From NCBI GenBank assembly GCA_028291565.1, contig JAQGHT010000082.1:1-48768 (forward strand): a stretch of DNA of 48,768 nt, read 5' to 3'. Positions within the stretch are counted from its first letter, which is position 1. Each line of letters opens with the position of its first letter. This DNA comes from Planctomycetaceae bacterium (GTDB taxonomy: Bacteria; Planctomycetota; Planctomycetia; Planctomycetales; Planctomycetaceae). This document shows, piece after piece, positions 18,600 through 27,681 of this stretch. A program made the translations under genes and the position numbers. The notes beneath the pieces are model-generated. The model did not search any database. It saw only the letters and a program-made list of their open reading frames with translations, and had not been told where the DNA came from.

Positions 18600-20438
18600 T
18601 CAAAATGCAAAGCAATCACAACCCAATCCCCACAATGGTCGCGGTTGTTCCTGCGGAATGCGATTCAAGAGGCCTTGAAGTAGCCCGCCCGAACAATGAC
18701 TAACGACTTTCGACTGGACGCTGCTCAGTTCGGCGGCGCTTTGAGCGCCCGGATAATAACCGCCGCGCGCTTTGACCGGTGACCAGTCGGGCATCACGGG
18801 GAGCGACTCCGGCGCGTGTGTCGAAAACTCTTTGGTCGCATGGACAATCTTGCCATCGACGACCGTGAGCACAGACTCGATGCCCTTTATCTCTTCCTCG
18901 GGAACGGAAAAATAATCAGCAGAGAGGACCGCTAAATCGGCGAATTGTCCAGCAGTGAGCGCGCCTTTCATCTGCTCCTCCCCCGAAAACCAGGCGCTCC
19001 CCAGTGTGTAGCGGCGAAGGGCTTCTGAGCGGTCCAGTCGATTATTCTCGGGGTAGAGCGCGGTTCCCCCCACGGTCTTGCCAGCGACCAGCCAGTACAG
19101 CGAAACCCAGGGGTTATAGCTTGCTACCCGCGTGGCGTCGGTCCCGGCGCCTACCGGGATTCCCAAATTGAGCATCTTGGTGACGGGGGGCGTGCGGCTG
19201 GCTGCTGCCAATCCATAGCGTTCGATAAAGTACTCGCCCTGGTAGGCCATGCGGTGCTGAATTGCGATTCCCCCTTGTAGCGCACGGACGCGTTCCAGAT
19301 TTCGGTCGCTGATGGTTTCGGCGTGGTCGAAGAACCAACGTAGTCCACCAAAAGGAACATCCCGATTGACACGCTCGAAAACATCAAGAAACCGTCCGAT
19401 CGATTCGTCGTAGGTCGCGTGCAGACGGAACGGCCAGCGATGCTCCACGAGCAGCCGCACAACGTGCTCCAATTCCTGTTCCATCGCGGGCGCAAGATCG
19501 GGACGCGGTTCTAGAAAGTCCTCGAAGTCGGCGGCCGAGAACGTCAGCATTTCTCCCGCGCCGTTCATTCGGTAAAAGTCGGTCCCCGCACCGGGGCTGG
19601 TCATCTTGATCCATCGAGAGAAATCGTCGAACTCCTGTTTGGGGCGTTGAGTAAAAAGGTTGTAGGCCAGCCGCACCGTCATCTCGCCGCGACGGTGCAG
19701 GTCTTCGATGATTGTGTAATCGTCCGGATAGTTTTGAAAACCGCCGCCGGCGTCAATCGCGCTCGTAAGTCCCAACCGATTCAGTTCGCGCATGAAATGG
19801 CGGGTGGAGTTCATCTGGTATTCGGGAGAAAGCCGGGGACCTTTGGCCAGAGTGGAATAAAGCAGCATGGCGTTCGGCCGCGCAATCAGGGCTCCCGTGG
19901 GGTTACCCTGCTTGTCACGCTCGATTTGGCCGCCCGGCGGATCAGGAGTGTCTCTGGTGTAGCCAACGGCCCGCAGCGCGGCGCCGTTCAGCAGTGCTCG
20001 ATCATAAAGATGCAAAATGAAAACCGGGGTCTCGGGCGCGGCGTCATTGATCTCGCGGAGCGTGGGCATGCGTCGCTCGGCGAATTGAAACTCTGTCCAG
20101 CCGCCCACGACGCGCACCCACTGTGGCGGAGGCGTGTGCTGCGCCTGCTCGCGAAGCAGGCGCAGCGCGTCGGCTAGCGACGGCACGCCATCCCAGCGCA
20201 ATTCCAGGTTGTAGTTAAGACCACCTCGGATCAGGTGCAGGTGCGAATCGTTCAGTCCAGGAATGACTGTCCGCCCGTGTGCATCAATCCGTTTCGTCGC
20301 CGGCCCGCACTGGCCCAGGACTTGGTCTGCAGTGCCGGCGATCAGAATCTTCCCGTCCGCGATCGCAACCGCGTCGACGAACGCCGGGAGACTATTCGTT
20401 GCGATTTTAGCGTTGTAAAGAACGATATCGGCGGGCAT
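18600..20438 (-). CDS. Metal-dependent amidohydrolase (Amidohydro_3 family)
   Basis: VIPGLNDSHLHLIRGG (HxH metal site), a C-terminal AGTDA motif, and the length and organisation typical of this family. Confidence 0.8.
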   Translation of the reverse strand: MPADIVLYNAKIATNSLPAFVDAVAIADGKILIAGTADQVLGQCGPATKRIDAHGRTVIPGLNDSHLHLIRGGLNYNLELRWDGVPSLADALRLLREQAQHTPPPQWVRVVGGWTEFQFAERRMPTLREINDAAPETPVFILHLYDRALLNGAALRAVGYTRDTPDPPGGQIERDKQGNPTGALIARPNAMLLYSTLAKGPRLSPEYQMNSTRHFMRELNRLGLTSAIDAGGGFQNYPDDYTIIEDLHRRGEMTVRLAYNLFTQRPKQEFDDFSRWIKMTSPGAGTDFYRMNGAGEMLTFSAADFEDFLEPRPDLAPAMEQELEHVVRLLVEHRWPFRLHATYDESIGRFLDVFERVNRDVPFGGLRWFFDHAETISDRNLERVRALQGGIAIQHRMAYQGEYFIERYGLAAASRTPPVTKMLNLGIPVGAGTDATRVASYNPWVSLYWLVAGKTVGGTALYPENNRLDRSEALRRYTLGSAWFSGEEQMKGALTAGQFADLAVLSADYFSVPEEEIKGIESVLTVVDGKIVHATKEFSTHAPESLPVMPDWSPVKARGGYYPGAQSAAELSSVQSKVVSHCSGGLLQGLLNRIPQEQPRPLWGLGCDCFAF

Positions 20439-20501
20439 GACAGCCTCTCTTATGGGGGAACGATCTCCAACTCGACTCGGTGATTTCTGAGTCTGAGGAC
20501 G

Positions 20502-21209
20502 TTACCTGCGTGCATCCTCGGCAACCGGAACAACGTACGCAGGTAATCGGGTTGCCGGAGCGCCATGCACCATCGTGTTTGCGTACTCGACCCCGACGCC
20601 ATATGCCCCATAGTGCTCTTTCACGATATCCATGACGGCGGCGTACGTGTCGACCTGCGCCCAGTCGCGCTGCAATTCGAGCATGACCGATAGCGACGTG
20701 ACCGGTTTGGCCCCCGCCTGGATCACGCGCTTCATCGCATTGTCGTGAGCAAGCTGGCTGACGTCTCCGCAGCAGTCTTCGACCACATAGACCTCATACC
20801 CATCGTGAATGGCCTGGATAGTGGGGAGCGCGACACAAGTTTCGGTCCACAGCCCGGCGAGGACGATCTTTTTGCGGCCGCTCTTCTGGATCGCAGCGAC
20901 GAAATTCTCGTCGTCCCAAGCGTTCATGGAACTTCGTTCGATCGGTTCCACTCCCGGAAACACCGCTTGGATCTGCGGCCAGACATTCCCGCTGAAACTT
21001 TTGGATTCCACCGTACTAAGGACCACGGGGACGTCGAAAACCCGCGCGGCCTTCGAGAGCGCCACGTTATTGTTGATAATCGACTGGCGGTCAAAGTTGG
21101 CAACGCCAAACAGCATCTGGGGTTGTAAATCGATGATGGTGAAGACGCAGTTATCCGGTGTCAGTAGCCCTTTTTCACTGCGTTTGGCGCGACCATTTAC
21201 CGTTGACAT
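20502..21209 (-). CDS. Isochorismatase-family cysteine hydrolase (YcaC-like)
   Basis: FTIIDLQPQM (catalytic Asp region), a conserved Lys region, and GLWTETCVALP (nucleophilic Cys). Confidence 0.85.
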   Translation of the reverse strand: MSTVNGRAKRSEKGLLTPDNCVFTIIDLQPQMLFGVANFDRQSIINNNVALSKAARVFDVPVVLSTVESKSFSGNVWPQIQAVFPGVEPIERSSMNAWDDENFVAAIQKSGRKKIVLAGLWTETCVALPTIQAIHDGYEVYVVEDCCGDVSQLAHDNAMKRVIQAGAKPVTSLSVMLELQRDWAQVDTYAAVMDIVKEHYGAYGVGVEYANTMVHGAPATRLPAYVVPVAEDARR

Positions 21210-21750
21210 AATGTTTCCCTTTTTCTAAGGCGGTTTGATCTTGTCCAGAGACCTCGTCTTGGTTTTCTTTGTTTGAGTGGCATAGCCTGGATTTTTTTCC
21301 AACCGCTACTGCCGAACCGTCTCTTGCCGGCTTTACTAAGCGTTTGGGGTGGACATCTCAAAACGAATGCTTGAGGTATTCGCCTCATTTCTAGGTGTCG
21401 AATGAACTGGCACCGGTCGTCCGAGGAATCATCCGAAAAGTTCTGCATTTGGAGCGTCTATTTCGGCAATCGATTTCAAGTCAACTTCCACCGCTGTGCT
21501 CGTCATGGCGGATAACAGGCACTCAGACATCAAGGTGACGATGAAGTAAAACTACATTGGCATGAGCGATCAGGCCAAAGATGTGGCGAATCTCTCGGCC
21601 TTACGCTGCACGGACGCAGCATTTCGGGCGTCTTTGGGGGCATACGGTGGCACAGGGTGTCACGAAGTCCATTTCGAAAAAATGCGAAACCCCTGGAAAA
21701 CTCCAAGGGTTAGGCACTGCTTGTCAGTCTTTGTCAGAGACTGGCAATCT

Positions 21751-21775
21751 TGGATGCGGCGGGAATTGAACCCGC
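21751..21775 (-). other. Orphan tRNA 3' fragment (T-arm plus 3' acceptor strand); possible att-site relic
   Basis: The minus strand reads GCGGG-TTCAATT-CCCGC-CGCATCC-A, a perfect T stem-loop plus 7-nt acceptor strand and discriminator. No complementary 5' acceptor strand (GGATGCG) or D/anticodon arms occur in the preceding 50 nt. Confidence 0.45.
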
Positions 21776-21841
21776 GATCGAAACTAACGGAACTATTGTT
21801 GGCATAAGCGATTGTGGCCTGATGACCCCTGTGCCTGCTTC

Positions 21842-21988
21842 ATGCCGCTCAACTTGCACGAACTGCGGCTTGTCGTCGGCGAGGCACTCGACGTAGCCCA
21901 TCGCATGAGCAAGCCGGTAGTAGTCGCGGAGTCGGTGCCGGATTCCGACATGGAGGGGCAATTGTCGGGAGCAGTCAGGCGGGCTTGA
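21842..21988 (+). pseudogene. Internal fragment of a second NtrC-family response-regulator gene (receiver/linker part only)
   Basis: 21844-21933 is 81/90 nt identical to 32389-32478 of the intact activator gene. It translates to PLNLHELRLVVGEALDVAHRMSKPVVVAESVPDSDMEG versus PLNLHELRRVVGEALDVADRMRKPAVVAESTVDTDVEG. There is no receiver N-terminus upstream and no AAA+ domain downstream. Confidence 0.65.
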
Positions 21989-22098
21989 ACAGCCCGGCAC
22001 TTTCCGATACCTCGCGGGCGAAGCCCGCCCAATCGGCGTCCTCGCGGCCCTTCGCCACCGTCGCCGTCAGCCGCTCGTGGCACTTTCCTTTCAATTGG

Positions 22099-24315
22099 TC
22101 ACCGTGACGGGAGTTGCTTAATCCACTGGCGAATGACGGTCGCCGCTTCCTCGTCCACGCAATTGGTGGCGAGGGGGGGCATCTGCGCGTTGTCGTGGCG
22201 CATTGTCATGCGTTTTAGGAGGACCGAACGTGTCGGGTCGCCTGGCGTGAGCCAGTTCGACTTCCCGGGAAACGCCTCCCGAAGCGGCTCGTGGAAGCGC
22301 AGGTCCATGGCCGCGCCCCCGGCGTGCCCGCGGCCGCCGGGGCTATGGCACATGGCACAGTTGGCGTCGAGGTAGGCGCGGGCCAGCGTGGCGACCGGTG
22401 CCGTCTTCGTCTGCCAGTCCGGGAATGCCTCCAGATCCCCGGCTGTCTTGAGCAGCGGTTCGCTGAAGATTCCGAGACGCTCGAAGACCCTGATCTGGTT
22501 CTCCCTGACCTTGCCGTACTCGAGCTCGCGGTTGAGTTGCCGGGTGTTCAAGCCCATGACGAAACCTGCGTTCTGCGTGTGGCAGGCGATGCAGTCCGAC
22601 CGGCTCGGGAAATACCACTCCCGCTTCACCGGCCCTGTCGCCGTCTTCACGTCGTACTGCTTAGTCAGCGGCCAGTCCGCCAGGAGGTTGGCCTCGTTCT
22701 GTTCCTCGTTCCAGAGGTACGTATACCCCTCCCAGCCGCGCGGGTTGTGGACCAGGAGTCGCGTTTCGAGCCGGCGCATCTCCTTGGGCTTTTCCAGGTC
22801 GGTGTTCATTAGAAACGTCTTGACCAGGACCGTGCCGACGGGGAACTGCCACTGGTCCCGGTCCTTGTAGACCACCTTGGCCTGGGCCGGGAGGACGAGG
22901 AAGCGGTCCTTCGCCGCGCCGTCGGACCAGAGAGGCACGCTCACCGTGTAGGGGATCAGGCCGGCCGCCGGCGTGTGGTCTTTCACCGAGGCGAAAAGTC
23001 CGGTGTCGGTCAACGTCCGGGGGAAGGCGGGGCCGCGTTCGGCCGGCACTCGGAGTCGGTAGACGTACCCGTCGAACGCGGTGAGGTAAGCCTCACCGGC
23101 CTCGTCCTCACCGAAGGCGCTGATGAGCAGGCTCGTGCGGGCGATCTTGTCGTTGGCCGTCAACTTCTTCCCGTCTCGCCGCAGGGCCCACACGTTGCCC
23201 GAGATGAAGTCTGCGTAGAGGTAAGCTCCGGCCAAAGTCGGGCAGGCGCCGACCCCGGTAGACCAGGCCTCCCGTGACGGACTTCCCCTCCACGCGGGGG
23301 TAGTCCAGGACCGGTTCGATGAATTCGCCGACGGGGCTGCGCTCGGCGTTGGGGTCGAGCGGATGCTTGCCCTCGCGGATGTTCCAGCCGTAGTTGCCCC
23401 CGCGGTCGATGATATCCACCTCCTCGTGGCGGTCCTGGCCGACGTCGGCCGCCCAGAGAGTACCCGTCGGTCGGTCGAAGGAAAATCGCCAGACGTTGCG
23501 GAGCCCGTAGGCCCAGATCTCCCCGCGTACGCCGCCGCGGCCCGCGAAGGGGTTGTCCTTGGGGACAGCGTAGTTCTTCCCGTCGTCCTTGTGGTTCACG
23601 TCGATGCGTAGAATCTTGCCATTCAGCATCTCCAAGCTCTGCGCGTTGGCGTGAGGGTCGCCCGCCAGGCCGCCGTCGCCTACACTGATGTAGAGACAGC
23701 CGTCCGGTCCGAACCTCAGGCAGCCGCCGTTGTGGTTGCCGTAGGGTTTGGGGAACTGGAGTAGTATCTCCTCCGAGTCGCGTTGGGCGCGGTCGGGATC
23801 ATCTTTGGACACGCGAAACCGGGACACCACCGACCCGCGCGGGGTGACGGAGTAGAAGACGAAGAACTGGCCGTTCGTGCGGTAGTCGGGGTGGAACGCG
23901 AGCCCCAATAGCCCCTCCTCGTTGTGCTCGCGCCGGACCACGCCCCGGAGGTCGAGAAAGACGTTCGTTTCCTTGGCGTCCGATTGGTTTGGGAAGACGC
24001 GAACGCGGCCGTCCTGCTCGACGACGAACAAGCGGTCCGAGCCGTCGCCGGCGTGGGTGAACTCAACTGGGCGCGTGAACTGAACGTGGGGAATGCCTTC
24101 TCGACTCCCAGAGTCGGCTGCGCGTCTGGGGAACCCATGAGGCGCGACGTGTCCACGGGGACGAACTTGTCCACAGACGTGATCGATGCTGCGGGCTCTT
24201 TATTTGCATCCCCGTCTACCGGGGGTTTTGAAGTCGAGTTCGCCAGCGCGACCCCCAGATACAGGATGGCGGCGGTTCCCGCCATCAGAACAACTCTCGT
24301 TGAAATACCCCTCAT
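22099..24315 (-). pseudogene. PQQ-type (sorbosone/glucose) dehydrogenase fused to a planctomycete-type haem-binding/cytochrome c domain; two frameshifts
   Basis: Three overlapping ORFs (23716..24390, 23108..24031, 22099..23235) join into one protein: signal peptide, FP/HVQFTRPVEFTHAGDGSDRLFVVEQDG, GNHNGGCLRFGPDGCLYISVGDGG, GGLVYRGRRLPD/LAGAYLYADFISGNVWAL, CIACH, CAMCH. The frame changes sit at the run at 24088-24091 and the run at 23234-23236. Confidence 0.8.
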
Positions 24316-24416
24316 AGCTTCTCTCCTTCTCCGAACTCCGTGTGGTGAACATAACAGCGAGACCAGCAACAACGCGCACGGCGCGCCCACCTTTCCGTCA
24401 ACGGCTCCCCCGACTT

Positions 24417-25409
24417 TCAGGGCTTCACTCCTTGGAGTAATGAGCCCAATTCAGGCAGCTTGCGGGCGAAGAACGCCCCGATTTCCGCCTTTTCCGCGTA
24501 ATTCAGGATAAATTCGGCGGCTCCGACCAGTTCTCGGACCTGGCCGGACTTTCGGGCCCCAACGATTGCGCCAGTGACGGCCGGGTTCTGCAACACCCAA
24601 GCGATCGCCACCTCGCCGGGCGAGCGCCCGTGGCGCTTGCCTATCGTCCGCAGCAGGCTCACCAGTTTCAGGTTGTACGAGAGCTGCGGCTCCCGATAGT
24701 CGGCGTGTTTCTTCCGCCAATCATCCGCTGGCAAAGCTGCGATTCGATCGCGGGTCATCGTGCCGGTCAACAGTCCAGACGCCATCGGTGAATAGGCGAG
24801 CACACCGATGTTCTCTCGGGCGACGAACGGCAAGATGCCGTTTTCGATGTCCCGGTGGAGCAGTGAGTACCGTGGCTGCAATGACGTGATTGGCGCGATC
24901 GACTGAGCTCGTTTCATTTGAGCAACGCTGAAGTTGGACACACCGATGTGGCGGACTTTGCCCTCGCTCTGGAGCGAGTCCATGACGGCCCAACCTTCTT
25001 CGATCTGCTCGTCCGGGTCAGGCCAGTGGATCTGATAGAGATCGATCGCATCCACTCGAAGCCGGCGGAGGCTGGCTTCGCACTCGCGCCGAATGGAGTC
25101 GGCCCGGAGACTGTGGCCAATCTCGCGACGCTCGTCCCAGACCATGCTGCATTTGGTAAAAATATACGGCCGGCGACTCACACCGGAGAGCGCCCGGGCG
25201 ACGACTTCCTCCGAATGGCCCAGCCCATAAACGGCTGCGGTGTCAATCCAGTTAACGCCATTGTCCAATGCTTCGTGAATGGCCGCAATCGACTCATTGT
25301 CGTTTTGGCTTCCCCACCCGAATTCCCAACCTCCACCACCGATTGCCCACGACCCGAAGCCGATCGGCGTGATGTGCAGGTCCGAATTTCCTAGTTGTTT
25401 GGTTTCCAT
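24417..25409 (-). CDS. Aldo/keto reductase
   Basis: LGNSDLHITPIGFGSWAIGG, NWIDTAAVYGLGHSEEVV, LRVDAIDLYQIHWPD and PRYSLLHR are classic AKR motifs. Confidence 0.9.
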   Translation of the reverse strand: METKQLGNSDLHITPIGFGSWAIGGGGWEFGWGSQNDNESIAAIHEALDNGVNWIDTAAVYGLGHSEEVVARALSGVSRRPYIFTKCSMVWDERREIGHSLRADSIRRECEASLRRLRVDAIDLYQIHWPDPDEQIEEGWAVMDSLQSEGKVRHIGVSNFSVAQMKRAQSIAPITSLQPRYSLLHRDIENGILPFVARENIGVLAYSPMASGLLTGTMTRDRIAALPADDWRKKHADYREPQLSYNLKLVSLLRTIGKRHGRSPGEVAIAWVLQNPAVTGAIVGARKSGQVRELVGAAEFILNYAEKAEIGAFFARKLPELGSLLQGVKP

Positions 25410-25478
25410 GAATACTCACTCCAATTCTGTTGGAATTCCCTTGAAGAACGCTGTCCGAACGATGATGTCAGCGCAGCG

Positions 25479-26192
25479 CTAGCCCTCCCACTGTGAACCG
25501 CGGAAAACACTGCAGAAGTTCGTGTGCTGGAACTTTGGATCTTTGTCCGCGAGTACATCTGCCTTGACATTGCCGAATGTCGTCTCTGGCTTGTGTTTGA
25601 TGCCGTCGTAAAAGGTCTGGATGATGTCTTCTTTGAAGTGTTCAGTACGCGGATACGCGGCAACGATCGCTTGGCGATCAGCGTCGGAGAATTTCGAGTA
25701 GGCGATTCCAAGAACATCCATTTCGACACCGTTGGTCAATAGCGCAACCACGGGATGCATGTACTGCGGGATACCGGGTGTGGTGTGAAGGGCAATCGAA
25801 GTCCACACTGTGTCGATGTCTTGTTGGGGAATCTTGTGTTGACGAAGAAACTCACGAGCAGCGTTGGCACCGTCTACCTCAAATCGATCGGCTGCGCTGC
25901 TGTGTTTCGGAGTGAGTCCCATATCATGGAACATGGCACTCACATACAGCAGCTCCGGATCGAAGGTGAGTCTTTTCCGTTTGCCGGTTGCAGCGGCAAA
26001 GTAGTAGACGCGGCTTGAATGGTTGAACAGCAACGAGTTCTCTGTATTGCGAACTAACTGGGTGACTTCGCGAGCCATTTTGCTGTCGGGGATGGTCACA
26101 CCAGACCCAAGGGTGAGTGATGCTGCCTGGAGCTTGCCGCTCATTTGGAAGCACAGCGCCACGGGGACGTCGGACAGGGTTTGCTCGATCAT
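25479..26192 (-). CDS. HD-domain metal-dependent phosphohydrolase (cyanamide-hydratase-like subgroup)
   Basis: LLFNHSSRVYYFAA...AMFHDMGL (HD dyad)...ALHTTPGI. ATG 26192 has a GAGAAGG RBS. An alternative internal start is at 26144. Confidence 0.7.
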   Translation of the reverse strand: MIEQTLSDVPVALCFQMSGKLQAASLTLGSGVTIPDSKMAREVTQLVRNTENSLLFNHSSRVYYFAAATGKRKRLTFDPELLYVSAMFHDMGLTPKHSSAADRFEVDGANAAREFLRQHKIPQQDIDTVWTSIALHTTPGIPQYMHPVVALLTNGVEMDVLGIAYSKFSDADRQAIVAAYPRTEHFKEDIIQTFYDGIKHKPETTFGNVKADVLADKDPKFQHTNFCSVFRGSQWEG

Positions 26193-26382
26193 GGTTGAAC
26201 CTTCTCTGGATCAGGTTTTTGTCGTCTGCAAAGATAATCGCATCGCCGAACCGTTCGAGGATCGACTCAGCCAACATAGGCATGTTTTCCAAAACTTCAT
26301 CCTCCTTTCCCGATCAATTCATTCGCCGGCGCTCCGATCCTACCGGACTGTCAGACGGGGACAGGCGTCCTCTCCTTGTCGA

Positions 26383-27681
26383 TCACTTCGACTGCGCGAT
26401 ACTGCATTGCGGGTCGAGATTGCGAATGTGGCCATTCTCCGTCGCCGCATTTGGATCGATTGCACAATCGATCAGGGACGATTTCCCCGAAGCCAGCGCT
26501 TCAGTGAGAGCCGTCGTGAGCCCCTGCGGATCGAAGGCTTGGTAGCCGTCACCGCCAAAGGCTTCGATAAACTTGTCGTACCGCGATTGATTCATGAGAA
26601 CGGGCGGCGCAGGGGCAACTCCTTCGCTGCGCTTGACATCGTTGCCGCGCTCGATTCCGCCGTTGTTGAAGACGACGGTGACGATCGGCAGGTGATAGCG
26701 GCAAATCGTCTCAATCTCCATGCCGCTGAAGCCAAAGGTGCTGTCCCCTTCGATGGCCACAACCGGCTTGCCACTGACGACCGCCGCGCCGATCGCGTAA
26801 CCCCTACCGATGCCCATCACTCCCCAAGTCCCGCTATCAAGGCGTTTGAGTGGCGTGCGCATGTCGATCACGTTGCGGGCGATGTCCAGCGTGTTTGCCC
26901 GCTCGTTGACGAGATAAACATCCGGCCTGTCGGCGAGCACGACTTTGATGGCGGCAAGAGCACTGTAGAAATTCATCGGATTGTGATTGGCGACGAGGTG
27001 GGCCGGCACGCGCTCGATGTCTGTTTGTTTACTCTGAACGAGTTCATTGACCCAGGCGGTGCGAGGCTGGATCTCGCCAGGGGCAGGAAGTTGCCGCGGT
27101 GCCGCGTCGATTACGCAGACCAGCGTTCGCGCAGCGGACTCGGTGTCGACGGTTGCACTGAGAACACTTGCCGGGAGGTCGAGGTACACGCCACCGGGAC
27201 GGCCCGAGACGGCGGCGCGGATTGCACGCGCCAGACCGATGCCGATGTCCTCAGCCCGATTGACCCGGTACGCCGCCTTCGCGTACGGTTTGCCAGCATT
27301 CATCTGGTCGAGTTCCTCATCGTCACCTTGCTGAAGGTCGACAATCGCACGATCTCTCGATCCGCTGATCTGGATCATGGGGAACGCGTTTGTGGTGGCG
27401 TTAGCCAGGGCTACCATGCCGTTGAGAAAGCCGGGCGCGGAGACAGTGAGACAGATACCCGGTTTCTGGGTCAGATAGCCGGCGATCGCCGCCGCGTTGC
27501 CAGCGGATGCCTCATTGTGGAAGCCGATGTAGCGAATCCCTTTGGCTTGAGCCAGCCGCGCCAGGTCTGTGACCGGAATGCCGGCCACACCGAACATTGT
27601 ATCGAGGCCGTTAAGCTTCAAGGAATCGACTAGCAAGTGAAACCCGTTCGTCAGTCTGGACGAATTAGTATTGATTTCCAT
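26383..27681 (-). CDS. Oxalyl-CoA decarboxylase-like ThDP enzyme lacking the central (ADP-binding) domain
   Basis: The PYR domain (GIPVTDLARLAQAKGIRYIGFHNEASAG, CLTVSAPGFLNG, GRPGGVYLDLP) is joined directly to the PP domain (GTWGVMGIG, IEGDSTFGFSGMEIETICRY..FNNGG). The protein is 432 aa against roughly 565 aa for the remembered E. coli and O. formigenes Oxc. Confidence 0.8.
   Translation of the reverse strand: MEINTNSSRLTNGFHLLVDSLKLNGLDTMFGVAGIPVTDLARLAQAKGIRYIGFHNEASAGNAAAIAGYLTQKPGICLTVSAPGFLNGMVALANATTNAFPMIQISGSRDRAIVDLQQGDDEELDQMNAGKPYAKAAYRVNRAEDIGIGLARAIRAAVSGRPGGVYLDLPASVLSATVDTESAARTLVCVIDAAPRQLPAPGEIQPRTAWVNELVQSKQTDIERVPAHLVANHNPMNFYSALAAIKVVLADRPDVYLVNERANTLDIARNVIDMRTPLKRLDSGTWGVMGIGRGYAIGAAVVSGKPVVAIEGDSTFGFSGMEIETICRYHLPIVTVVFNNGGIERGNDVKRSEGVAPAPPVLMNQSRYDKFIEAFGGDGYQAFDPQGLTTALTEALASGKSSLIDCAIDPNAATENGHIRNLDPQCSIAQSK

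Noticed and set aside
21691-21712. Possible third copy of the CAGGGAAACTCCAGGGG core (CTGGAAAACTCCAAGGG) next to the tRNA fragment.
   Set aside because: Only 13/15 matches, without the flanking TATTATCGC or GAAAAAA blocks. A chance occurrence in this window is not negligible (rough estimate about 0.1).
21751-21826. Possible complete tRNA gene on the minus strand.
   Set aside because: Only the T-arm and 3' acceptor strand are tRNA-like. The 48 nt upstream give no complementary acceptor strand (GGATGCG needed, ATCAGGC found) and no foldable anticodon arm. I kept it only as a fragment.
21975-22080. Short minus-strand reading frame ...KCHERLTATVAKGREDADWAGFAREVSESAGLFKPA-stop with very high GC3.
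   Set aside because: The composition is coding-like, but it is only about 35 codons and has no ATG, no RBS and no recognisable family. I treat it as a probable C-terminal gene remnant inside the scar rather than a gene.
25924-26292. 122-aa minus-strand ORF whose first 28 codons (MPMLAESILERFGDAIIFADDKNLIQ) look like the beginning of a PAS domain.
   Set aside because: The rest of the ORF is an out-of-frame overlap with the HD-domain gene, which has its own RBS and ATG at 26192. At best it is a tiny remnant, too short to call.
26023-27633. 536-aa plus-strand ORF covering the Oxc-like gene. The same applies to 29396..31222 (608 aa) and other long ORFs antisense to the kinases.
   Set aside because: These are mirror ORFs opposite strongly supported genes. 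They are Arg/Gly/Ser/Val-rich, have no recognisable motif, and are typical shadow frames of GC-rich coding DNA.
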